From Prasinococcaceae sp. CCMP 1430 (lineage: Eukaryota > Plantae > Prasinodermophyta), in NCBI GenBank assembly GCA_013416795.1, contig RQSC01000602.1:77224-122740 (forward strand): 45,517 bases of DNA, given 5' to 3'. Made by a program: the position numbers and the translations under genes. The stretch's first letter is position 1, and every line of letters starts with the position of its first letter. Positions 1-9,130 of the stretch are shown piece by piece. A model generated the notes under the pieces. That model was given only the letters and a program-made list of their open reading frames with translations. It did not search any database and was not told the DNA's origin.

Positions 1-582
1 CCGCCGGCGCCGCCGCCGCACGGGGACGTGGCCGCGCGCGCGCGCTGGGTGGCCGCGTCGTCGCTCTGGTGCTCGATCGCCACGACGTCGGTGTGGCTCG
101 AGGGCCGCGCCTGGGGCAACGTCCGCAGCGTGGCCGACGGTGCCACGCACGGCGAGGCCACGGGGCTGCCCGTGCTCTACCTGCCGACGCCGGACCTGAC
201 CGCCGTCGACGTGCGGGCCGACCCGCGCGTCACCATCAGCCTCAGCGAGGCGGCGCTGCCCGAGCGCGTCGCGGGCGGCCAGGTCTGCGGCGGGGCGGAC
301 CCCGAGGACCCCACCTGCGCGCGGCTGCACCTGCGCGGCTCGCTGCGCGCGCTCGACGGGGACGAGAAGGCCGACGCCGAGCGCGCCCTGGGCGCGCGCC
401 ACCCCCACGCCCCTTGGCTCGGCAAGGGCGGCGCGCACACCGGCGGCAAGTACTACACCATCGAGCTGTCCTCGATCGAGTTCCTCGACTTCTACGGGGG
501 CTTCGCCGACCTCAGCGTCGACGAGTACCTCAAGTGGACACGCCACGCGCGCGCCATTGCGCGCGCGCCCGGTGCGTTTTGA
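1..582 (+). CDS. CREG-like / pyridoxamine 5'-phosphate oxidase-like (split barrel) protein, 5' end outside window
   Basis: Frame is open from base 1. Motifs WGNVRSVADG, GLPVLYL, DPRVTISLSEA, DPEDPTCARLHLRG and FLDFYGG match the CREG pattern (DPE-P-C-R, LD-FGG). A possible extra 3' exon lies at 773-915 (see findings). Confidence 0.8.
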   Translation, partial: PPAPPPHGDVAARARWVAASSLWCSIATTSVWLEGRAWGNVRSVADGATHGEATGLPVLYLPTPDLTAVDVRADPRVTISLSEAALPERVAGGQVCGGADPEDPTCARLHLRGSLRALDGDEKADAERALGARHPHAPWLGKGGAHTGGKYYTIELSSIEFLDFYGGFADLSVDEYLKWTRHARAIARAPGAF

Positions 583-934
583 TGGCGCGCGCGCTCGAAA
601 AAATCCGCGCGCGCGCTGTAAAGGCCCACCGGCCGAACCCGAAGCCGCAGCGGCAGCGCGCGCGCATCCGCCCTCCCCGCCCTTTCTTCTGCCCTCTTTT
701 GCAAATCCTGTCCTTTCCCCTCGCTGTCCCCTCGCTCTGAAAATGACGGACAATTGATTGTGTTGGTCGCAGCGGCCGGGCAGAGAACCGGCAGACCACG
801 GCGATCTTTCTCGCGCGCGCCCATCAAACGCAAGGCCGCGGCCGCGGCGCCGGGCGGCAGCAGCAAGCCGGGCATGCTGTCCTTCGGCGGGGAGAGCGAC
901 AGCGACAGCGAGTAATACGAGTGCTAATATGCAG

Positions 935-968
<34 letters not shown>

Positions 969-1034
969 GGCGCGCGGGGGCGCCCGCGCTCGCGCGAGGC
1001 GCTCGCATATACAAGCCTTTCGCCTCCACGCGCC

Positions 1035-2504
1035 TCACGCTGACAGTGTCCCTTTGCTCGAGGCGACCTTGCCAGCGCGCCTGGGGTCGATGTCTGTGCA
1101 CTGCCTGAGACACTCGCCGAGCGCGTCGGCCGCCGCCAGGAGCCTGTCCTCGTCGCTGCTGCCCTCCTTGTGCGTTGCCACGTGCATGGTGATGCCGGCG
1201 GTCGTCGTCAGCGACATGAACACGTGCTCCACCATCTCGGCCGAGAGGTCGCCAATGTTGTCCGCGTCGAAGTCGAGGTCGCTCACCATGCTGGGCCTGT
1301 TGCTCAGGTCCATCACGACCTCGACGGTGCTATCGCCGCGCGTTGCCGTCGCGGAGCCCATGCGATTGAGGCCCGCCTTGTCGCCGAGCGCCTCGGCGAG
1401 ACACTGGCCGATCGACAGCGAGACGTCCTCGGCGGTGTGGTGGTCGTCGATCCACAAGTCGCCAGCGGCGCGCACGTGCGCGCTCACGCGGCTGCGCTCA
1501 CGCACGGCGTCGAGGAATGCGTCGAGCGTGGTGATGCCTGTGGCGCTCTGGCCCTCGCCCGCGCCGTCCAGCGCGAGCGACACCGACACCTGCGTCTCCT
1601 TGGTGGCGCGCTCGCGCGTCGCGCGGCGCGTCGCAGTCGCCGCCTCCGCAGCGGCGGCGGCCGCCGCCGCCGCGTCTGCGGCCTCCTCGTCGGAGCGCAG
1701 CGAGTCCAGCGCGGCGCGCATGCACCGCGCGAAAGACTTGAAGCTCGCCTCCACAATGTGGTGTGCGTTGTCGCCTCGCTGCTTGGTGAGCGCGAGCGAC
1801 ACGCGGGCGGAACGAGCAAGCGCCCCGAAGAACGGCTCGGTGAGGCGCGTCTGGTACGTGCCGATGCGCTCGCGGCCCGCGCCGCGCCGCGCGGTGCCGT
1901 ACGGCGCCAGCGTGAACGTCCGAAGGCCGCCCTCGCCCCCTCCCGCCGCGCCGCCGCTCAGGTCGAGCTCGCACACAGAGAAGGCCTCGTCCAGCGGAGC
2001 GGCGAAGCGCGCAACCCCCTTGGCGTGCTCGCCGCCACCGCCGCTACCGTCGTCGGGCATCGGTCGGCCGCGCGCGTCGATGAGCGCGCCGAGCGCGGCC
2101 CCAAGCGCCTCTCCCGCGACTGCGAAGGCCGCATCGTCAGTGGCGTCGTCCGAGCTGTCCTTGTTCTCGCGCGCCTCTGCGCCGTCGACCGTGAGGACAA
2201 CGCTCACGCCGAGCTGCGCGTGAGCGGTGAGCTGGTCAATCATGTGGTCGAGGAACGGCCGGCCGGTGGCGATGGTGCCGCGCGCGCCGCAGTCGACAAC
2301 CGAAGCGACGGCACGCACGCGGCCATCCTCCGAGGCGGCCTCCGCACCGAACGCCCGCGCCGCCTCCGCCCCCGCCCCGGCCCCGGCCGCCGCCGGAGCG
2401 CTCGACCTCGCGCGCGCGCGCACCGCCGCGAGCGGGCGGGCGAGCGAGCGAGCGAAATCGGGGGCGCGCGAACAGAAACGAAAAAACTGGATCCGAGACC
2501 GCAT
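1035..2504 (-). CDS. hisB: Imidazoleglycerol-phosphate dehydratase (HisB/IGPD) with two tandem IGPD domains, intronless
   Basis: Domain 1 has TGRPFLDHMIDQL, APLDEA and GDNAHHIVEASFKSF. Domain 2 has RATKETQVSVSL, GDLWIDDHHTAEDV, DLSNRP, EMVEHVF and the C-terminal SSKGTL. The ATG at 2504 is the most plausible start; the N-terminus is transit-peptide-like. Confidence 0.92.
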   Translation of the reverse strand: MRSRIQFFRFCSRAPDFARSLARPLAAVRARARSSAPAAAGAGAGAEAARAFGAEAASEDGRVRAVASVVDCGARGTIATGRPFLDHMIDQLTAHAQLGVSVVLTVDGAEARENKDSSDDATDDAAFAVAGEALGAALGALIDARGRPMPDDGSGGGGEHAKGVARFAAPLDEAFSVCELDLSGGAAGGGEGGLRTFTLAPYGTARRGAGRERIGTYQTRLTEPFFGALARSARVSLALTKQRGDNAHHIVEASFKSFARCMRAALDSLRSDEEAADAAAAAAAAAEAATATRRATRERATKETQVSVSLALDGAGEGQSATGITTLDAFLDAVRERSRVSAHVRAAGDLWIDDHHTAEDVSLSIGQCLAEALGDKAGLNRMGSATATRGDSTVEVVMDLSNRPSMVSDLDFDADNIGDLSAEMVEHVFMSLTTTAGITMHVATHKEGSSDEDRLLAAADALGECLRQCTDIDPRRAGKVASSKGTLSA

Positions 2505-2923
2505 TAGTGGGGGGCGGCATCCGCGCCGAATCTCCCGCGCCGGCGGCGGTACCACCGAAGCGCGGATCCATTTGGGTTTAGGACGCGCGCGCGCGCCACC
2601 GGCCGGCGAGCCGGCCGCCATGGAAAGGGGGTGCCATGCTGCCATGCGGCGGAGCGCGCGAAGTACTTCATTATTATGTAAATCATATGTAACAACGGGA
2701 GACTGTATTGGCAAAAGCCTAGCGAAACGCATGCGGCCGCTCGCGTTCCCCCGCGGAGGCGCGCGAGCGCACGAAGGGGCACAGCCGGTGCCGGCGGGGT
2801 GGTGAATGGGCGGGGGAGAGGGGGGCGCCCAGGAGAGGAGCGAACGGGACCGCGGTGACGCCAGAGCGCGCGCACACCGAGAAGAGACCGAGGCGTCGCG
2901 AACAGAGGGGCAGGGCGGGGGGG

Positions 2924-4634
2924 ATGGCGGTGGTGGCGACCGGTGCGGAGGGGGGCATCGTCGGCGCATCGCCCTCCGAGGCCGCGCGCCTGAAAGCGCA
3001 GGGGGCGGAGGAGTGGCGCGCGGGCCGCCGCTCCGCCAACGCTGAACGGCGGCGCGCACACTACGGCGCGGCGGCTGAGAGCTTCGCCGCCGCAGCGGAG
3101 CTCGCGCCGCACGACCACACGCTCTTTTCCAACCTCGCGGCGGCGCTGACGGCGCGCGCGGGCAAGGGCGACGCCGAGCGAGCGCTCGCCGCAGCGGACG
3201 AGTGCGTCGCGCTCAACCCGGGCTTCAGCAAGGGCCACGGCCGGCGCGGCGACGCGCTCTGGCTCGCGCGCGACTACGTGGGCGCGAGGGCAGCTTACGA
3301 GGACGGCCTGCGCGCAGAGCCGGGGCAGAGCGCACTGCAGGACGGTTTGGCAAAGTGCGTGCGCAAAATCAACGAGATAAAGAGAAGGGAAGCAAATACG
3401 CCGGCGTATGTGGCACGCCATGTTGAGCGCACGGCGCAAGCGAACGAAGAGATGGACGCCGCGCAGCGAGAGCTTGTGACCTTCTGGCGCGCGCACGGCG
3501 GCGCATTCGCCGCGCGCTGGCTTCGGGCGCCGAGGCCGCAGCAGGAGGGGCGCCTTCGCGCGTTGTGGCCCCAGATTGACGTCCTGGACGTCCACGGCGC
3601 CAACGACGCGCACCCGGTGGGGTCCCACCCACCCTCAGCGCGTGCGGACCCAGACTCACGCCCGGACGGTGCTGCCGCTGCGCCGCTGCTGCGCACGCTT
3701 TGCAGCGATCTCTCTGTAACCGCGCTCTGCGAGGGCGGCGGGCAGCCTTTGGTAGAGCTTTTTCAGCGGCGCGTCGCCGAGCTACCACGGCGTGCATTCG
3801 AAGCCGACCTCGCGCTCGCGGCGCGTTGCGGGGTGAAGCCTGTCGCGCCGTTGTATCCGGATGGGACTGCCGTAGCGCTCGCTGGCCCCAACAGGGGCAA
3901 GCCCTTCGGGCAGGAGGTGCGAGCGCACGTACGCGCGCGTGCGGCGGCGTATGCTGCCGGGAGCGACGATAGACGGTTAATTCGGCGGTCTCGCTGACGC
4001 AATGCGCTGCGCGTGCCGCCCCCAGGTGCTTAATGCCGTCTCTGGTGACCGCGGCGAAGGCTCGGCCGCACCCGTGGGCATGGTCCCCTCGCATCTGTTC
4101 GAGCTCGCCGAGCAACGGCGGCTGGCGATCGAGGGGCTGCTCGCAGCGGTTGCCGAGGAGCATTGCGCCTGGCAGCGGCAGCGCGACGCGGAAAGAGCAG
4201 CCAACGCTGCTGTGAAGGGTGTGCGAGCGGGCACGATCGAAACCACCCTCGCGCTCGGTCCAGGCAAAGTCGCCGAGGCCATTGTCGAGGCGTCCAGCGG
4301 CGAGGACCTGGTGATCGACGCTAGCGAGGGGCACGTTGCGAGCGCTTTCGAGCAAGCGAAGGCGGCCGCCGCGCGTCGGAGGGCCGAGCGCAAAGAGCGA
4401 ATGCAGGCGCGGCGCGACGCCAGGCGGGGCACAACCGCAGCGGGTGCGAGTGTGGCGACTCGGCAGGGAGGCTCGGCGCCTACTCGCTACGTACTGCCCA
4501 CGGAGTCCGTGCCACACGATTCGCGCGAAGGGGCGGCCCTCGCGCAGCACGCACAGGACGTGGCTGAGGCCGAGGGCGCATTTCAGTCGATGGCTGCCAA
4601 GATGGAGGCACTGCTATCCAAGGAGAGCCTCTGA
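2924..4634 (+). CDS. TPR-repeat protein (STI1/Hop-like TPR1 module) with an uncharacterised C-terminal region; exons 2924-3916 and 4026-4634
   Basis: Typical three-TPR block LKAQG..., LFSNLAAAL, ALAAADECVALNPGFSKGHGRRGDAL, AYEDGLRAEP. A GT-AG intron 3917-4025 joins the two ORFs in frame. Confidence 0.75.
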
Positions 4635-5000
4635 CGCGCGCGCGCGACGCGCGCGCGCGCGACCGCGCGTCGCGCGCATGCCTGCGGACGCTGTAACAAA
4701 AGGGAGCATTCACTGAGCGGGCTGCACGCGGGCGGAGTGCACTGGCGAGCCTCTAAGGTACGCGCAAGTACATCGGCACCATCGACCGCTCGCGTGTGCA
4801 TCCGACTAGTTGCCATTTCCATGAAGCCTCATCACCCAATTGTAATACCTCGCTCTCATGGGCAGCCGTGGAGGTAGCCGAAAAGAACCGCGGGTTGTAG
4901 TAGTAGAAGTAGCGACGGAGCAACAGCCGCACGATGGTACAGGAGCAATGACCTCTAGGGTGGCAGCAGTGCTGCGCGAGAGGTGCACGCATCCGAGGCC

Positions 5001-8000
5001 TCACGCCTGCGGCGCGTCGTCACCCTGCGTGCCGTCAGTCTCCCCATCATTGACGAACGCCATGGCCTCATCCTCTGAGACCACATCCACCCGGCTGACG
5101 CGGTTGCTGTGGCGCACACCGAAGCGCCTCTCGGCCGCGCGCACGAGCTCTGGCCGGAAGGTGGTCGTCACGAACTGCGTGGGCGAGCTCTGGTCGTTCG
5201 CGAGGCGCTCGAGCATGCGCGCGACCGCGCTGCGGTACTGCGCGTCGAGCGCGGCGTCGATCTCGTCGAACAGGTAGAAAGGCGCCGGATCGCAGCGCTG
5301 GATGGCGAAGATGAGCGCCAGCGCAACGACCGTCTTCTGCCCGCCCGACAGCTGCCGCATTGACATTGTCTCTCCGTGGCCGAAGGTCACGCGCACCATA
5401 ACGCCGGAATATTTTTCCAGCGCGGGGGGCACCGGCGCGTCCACGCCGGCCGAGCCGCCCGCACCATTCGCGCCATTGGCATCCTGCTGCCGGTTTTCAT
5501 CGCCGTCCGCTCCCGCACTCTTCTGCATCACGAGCGCACCGCGGCCGCCCGGTACGAGCTCGGCGAACACCTCCCTGAAGTTCTTTGCGACGCCCTTGAA
5601 CGTGCGCTCAACGGTCGCCTCCTTGCGCTGGTCGAGCGCACCGATCAGCTCGCTGATCTTCTCGTCTGCGCGAACAAGCTCGGCCTGCCGCTGCAGCAGC
5701 GACTGGCGCTGCTCGGTGAAGTTGACGTACTGGTCCAGAGCCTTGCGGTTGACGTGCGAGAACGACCGCAGTGCCTCCGATGTTCGCGCAAGCCGCCTGT
5801 GAAGCTCTCGCAGGGGCTTGCCAGCGCACTGCGCCAGTGCGGCCTCGGGCACGGAGCCGAGCTCACGGATCTTGCGCGCGAGCTCGTCTCGGCGCTGCGC
5901 GAGGAGCGCGCGCTGACCCATGAGCTTCTCGCGCACTTTGTCCTCCTCGAGAAGCTCGCGCTCGAGCGCCTCGGCCTCGCCCCGTGCCTCATCCAGCGCG
6001 GCGCGCGCCTCGCGCGCTGCCTTGCGCCGATCCTGCGCCTTCGCCTCGAATTCCGACACGGCTTTGCCTGCCTCCTCCGCCTCCGCTGCTGCAGCCTCCA
6101 GGTCCGCACGCCGCTTCTCAAGTTGCTGCGCGCGGGCGGCAGCATCCTCGCGGGCAGTTGGGCTCGCGAGCTCCTCGCGCCGCTTGCGCAGATTTGAGTC
6201 CAGGTGGGCGCTGAGCTCTCCTGTGGTTGCCTCCGCTTCGAGCCTTCTTGTGGTCGCGGCCACCAGCTGCTCGCGAAGGTTCCCCTCCTCGGCCGTGTCC
6301 CCCGAAAGCTGCTTCTGCTCCGACGCCGTCAGCTGAGCCATCATGTCCGTGCTGCGCTCAGCCTCGAGGTCGGCGACTGCCTGGGCCACCCCCGCGGCGC
6401 CCTTCTCCGCCGCGGCCTTCTCCTTCGCACGCGCGGACGCCTGGGATCGGCGCGCCTTGGCAGCGTCCGCAGCGGCGGTCGACTCCGCGCGCGCGGCGGT
6501 CAGCGTCGAGCGCAGGTGCATGGCTTTGGCCTCGATCTTTTGCAGCTCGCCCAGCGCCACGCTGATGTCCTGGTCAAGCGACTGGATGGTGCTCTTCAGC
6601 TTCTTGCTCTTCTCATTCAGCGCCTTCATCTCGCCACCGAGGCGCTTGATAGCAGTCATTGATGCCAGCCTGCTGCGACGCGTGTCCTGGAAGCCACCCG
6701 TGAGTGCGCCACGGCGGTTCACCTCGTCGCCCTCAAGCGTGATGCAGTTGAGCGTGCCCGCTCGGCTAACCTCGCTCGCCACCTCCAGGTCGCGGCAAAT
6801 GGCCACGCGGCCAAAAATCTGCTTGAACGCGGGCTGGAAGCGCTCGTCGTACTTGATCTTAGAAAGCATCGGCACGACGTCGTTGCGCTTGGGAAACTCG
6901 GCCTCGGGCGGGGTGAGGCGATTGAGCGGCAGGAACGACACTCGGCCACCCTTGATGGCGTTGAGGTGCTTGATGATCTGTGTGGCTACCTCGTCGGAGT
7001 CAACCACGACGTGGAAGAGCGTATTGCCCGCTGCCGTCTCGACCGCCATGTTGAACTTCTCGTGGCATTCGAAGAGCTCGATCAGCGCGCCGTGCACGCC
7101 GCGGATGCCCTTCTCGCGGCAGATGCGCTTGACATTCATCAGGCCGCGGTTGATGTCGCGCGCCACAGCGTGCTCCAGCGTACGCTCGCACTTGCTGAGC
7201 TCTGCCTTGCACTCCTCAACCTTCTTGTCAAGCTCGGCGTCCTCCTTCCACTGCGCCTTGCGCATGTCAGCCAGCTCATCGCGACGCTTGGTGAGCTCCT
7301 TGGCCTCCTGCTCCGCCTCGCGCAACCGCGCCTGCCGGTCCTCGATCTCCGCTTGCCGGCTGGCAACGTCCGATTCCGCATTCTTCGCCTTCTTCTCAGC
7401 CGCCTCGAGCTCCTTTGCGGCCTTGGCCGCAGCTGCCTGTTCCTGCTTCAGCGTCTTCTGCAGCCCCTTGATCTCGCCGTTGAGCCACTCGTCACGCTCT
7501 TGGCGGCTCTTGAACTGCGCGCTGCGCCCCTGTTTCGCGTGGAGCGCCTGCAGTCGGCGCGCGCACGCGTCGAGGAGGCCCTTGATCCGCTCCTCCTCCG
7601 AAGACGCCTCGGCGACGGCTGGCGCGAGCTCAGCGAGCTTCGACTCAGTCTCCTTGATCTCGGCCTCGACCGCCTTGAGCTGCTCCTCTGCGTCCGCTTC
7701 CAGGCCAGCGTCACTGGCGACGCGCTCCTCAAGGTCCTTGACGTCCAGCTCGATCTTTGCACGCTTGCGCACCGCCTCCTCCTTGGCCTTGGTCAGCGCG
7801 GCCTTGGAGCGCGCATCCGCGCGGTCGCTGCCCGAGGCGCCACTCTGTGCGTCCTTCAGGGTCTGCTCGGCCTCCGTCGCCCGGTCGTGCGCCTCTTCCA
7901 GCTTGGCGTTCACGGCCCCCGCACGTCGCGTCACCTCCTGGCGCTTCTCCTCGATGTCCTCGAGCTTCGCGCGCGTGTCGTTGAGCTCCACGTCGTAGAT

Positions 8001-8678
8001 GGTGTTCTCAAGGGCGCGGCGCTCCTTGTCCTTCGCTTCGTACTGCGCGAGCTCCTCGCGCTCCTCGTCCAGCTCCTTGAGGCGCTCTTCGATGCCGCGG
8101 ACGACCTCCCCGATGTGCTCACGCTGGGCGCGCGAATCCTCCATGATGCGCAGGGACTCCGTGCGGCGCTGCTCGTACACGCGCGTGCCGCCGATGTCCT
8201 TGAGCAGCTCGAGGCGTTCGTTGGCCTTCATGGTGGCCATGCTGGCGATCTTGCCCTGCTGCACGACGTAGTACGGGTTGGAGCGCGAGAAGCCCGCACT
8301 CTCGAGTAGGTTCATCACCTCCGACTTGGTGATGGGCTTCCTGTCGAGGTAGTATCCGTCCTTCTTGAGCCCGATCACGCGGCGCAGGCGGACCTCGTCT
8401 TTCTCGACCGGCAGGCGGTTGTCTGTGTTGTCAAAGACTATCTCGACGAACGCGCTCAGCACCTGGTTGCCCGTGCCCTCGTGCAGGAGCGCCTTGCGGT
8501 CCTCGGGGCGGAGGTTCTGGTACAGGTCGTTGAGGACGAAGCGGATCGCCTGGAAGAAGTTCGTCTTGCCCGCGCCATTGGGCCCGACGATGCAGTTCGT
8601 GCGCGGCGAGAACTCCTCGGTCGCCACCTGCTCCTTGTACGACTTGAAGCCCTCGAGGTACACCTGCTTGATGTGCAT
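5001..8678 (-). CDS. SMC3: Cohesin subunit SMC3 (~1225 aa, intronless)
   Basis: Starts MHIKQVYLEGFKSY. Walker A GPNGAGKT follows FSP; FSRSNPYYVVQQGKI is present; the hinge has GVHG and GGRVSFLPLN; the C-terminus has LSGGQKTVVALALIFAIQRCDPAPFYLFDEIDAALD. These are SMC3-type signatures. Confidence 0.97.
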   Translation of the reverse strand: MHIKQVYLEGFKSYKEQVATEEFSPRTNCIVGPNGAGKTNFFQAIRFVLNDLYQNLRPEDRKALLHEGTGNQVLSAFVEIVFDNTDNRLPVEKDEVRLRRVIGLKKDGYYLDRKPITKSEVMNLLESAGFSRSNPYYVVQQGKIASMATMKANERLELLKDIGGTRVYEQRRTESLRIMEDSRAQREHIGEVVRGIEERLKELDEEREELAQYEAKDKERRALENTIYDVELNDTRAKLEDIEEKRQEVTRRAGAVNAKLEEAHDRATEAEQTLKDAQSGASGSDRADARSKAALTKAKEEAVRKRAKIELDVKDLEERVASDAGLEADAEEQLKAVEAEIKETESKLAELAPAVAEASSEEERIKGLLDACARRLQALHAKQGRSAQFKSRQERDEWLNGEIKGLQKTLKQEQAAAAKAAKELEAAEKKAKNAESDVASRQAEIEDRQARLREAEQEAKELTKRRDELADMRKAQWKEDAELDKKVEECKAELSKCERTLEHAVARDINRGLMNVKRICREKGIRGVHGALIELFECHEKFNMAVETAAGNTLFHVVVDSDEVATQIIKHLNAIKGGRVSFLPLNRLTPPEAEFPKRNDVVPMLSKIKYDERFQPAFKQIFGRVAICRDLEVASEVSRAGTLNCITLEGDEVNRRGALTGGFQDTRRSRLASMTAIKRLGGEMKALNEKSKKLKSTIQSLDQDISVALGELQKIEAKAMHLRSTLTAARAESTAAADAAKARRSQASARAKEKAAAEKGAAGVAQAVADLEAERSTDMMAQLTASEQKQLSGDTAEEGNLREQLVAATTRRLEAEATTGELSAHLDSNLRKRREELASPTAREDAAARAQQLEKRRADLEAAAAEAEEAGKAVSEFEAKAQDRRKAAREARAALDEARGEAEALERELLEEDKVREKLMGQRALLAQRRDELARKIRELGSVPEAALAQCAGKPLRELHRRLARTSEALRSFSHVNRKALDQYVNFTEQRQSLLQRQAELVRADEKISELIGALDQRKEATVERTFKGVAKNFREVFAELVPGGRGALVMQKSAGADGDENRQQDANGANGAGGSAGVDAPVPPALEKYSGVMVRVTFGHGETMSMRQLSGGQKTVVALALIFAIQRCDPAPFYLFDEIDAALDAQYRSAVARMLERLANDQSSPTQFVTTTFRPELVRAAERRFGVRHSNRVSRVDVVSEDEAMAFVNDGETDGTQGDDAPQA

Positions 8679-8907
8679 CGCTGCCGAGCCGCTGGCGCTC
8701 CCGCGCCGCGCGCCGCTCCCGCCGCCGCCTGTCCGCGCCGGTCGCGCGCCNGCCGCGCCGGCGCGCTCGCTCTGCGCGCTGTGTGTCGCGCGCGCGGGAT
8801 AGTGCTGCATGGGTCGGGGGGGAGGGAGCGCAGCAGAGCGGCGGCGCGCGCTGCAGACAGGCCGCCGCTGTGGCGGGGGCCGCCGGCGTCGGATCGGGTA
8901 CACGGTG

Positions 8908-9065
8908 CACCGGGGTCGACGGTTGATACCAGGGTCGACGGAGGAGGGCACCAGGGTCGACGGACGCACCAGGGTCGACGGATGAGGGCACCAGGTCGAC
9001 GGATTAGGGTATGTTGGGTCTTTAATTTGTTTCGCCAGGGTCGACTGACACACCAGGGTCGTCAG
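8908..9065. repeat. About 7 degenerate direct copies of (C)ACCAGGGTCGACGGA with short variable linkers
   Basis: Read directly at about 8908, 8928, 8950, 8968, 8990, 9035 and 9052, between the RFC3 stop and the SMC3 start. Confidence 0.85.
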
Positions 9066-9130
9066 CTGGAGGCACAGCGGGGGCGGGGGCGGCGCGCGGC
9101 GGAGGGGCCGCGGCGGCGCGGGCCCTCCGC

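Noticed and set aside
2505-3059. N-terminal extension of the 674-aa HisB ORF
   Set aside because: It is the antisense of the TPR gene start plus intergenic DNA. Open frames arise easily at this GC content.
4740-4840. Possible box C/D snoRNA (GTGATGA on the minus strand near 4835)
   Set aside because: No box D (CTGA) or terminal stem at a suitable distance.
8679-9053. N-terminal extension of the 1350-aa SMC3 ORF
   Set aside because: It runs through an N and the GTCGAC repeat array. The conserved SMC3 start MHIKQV is at 8678.
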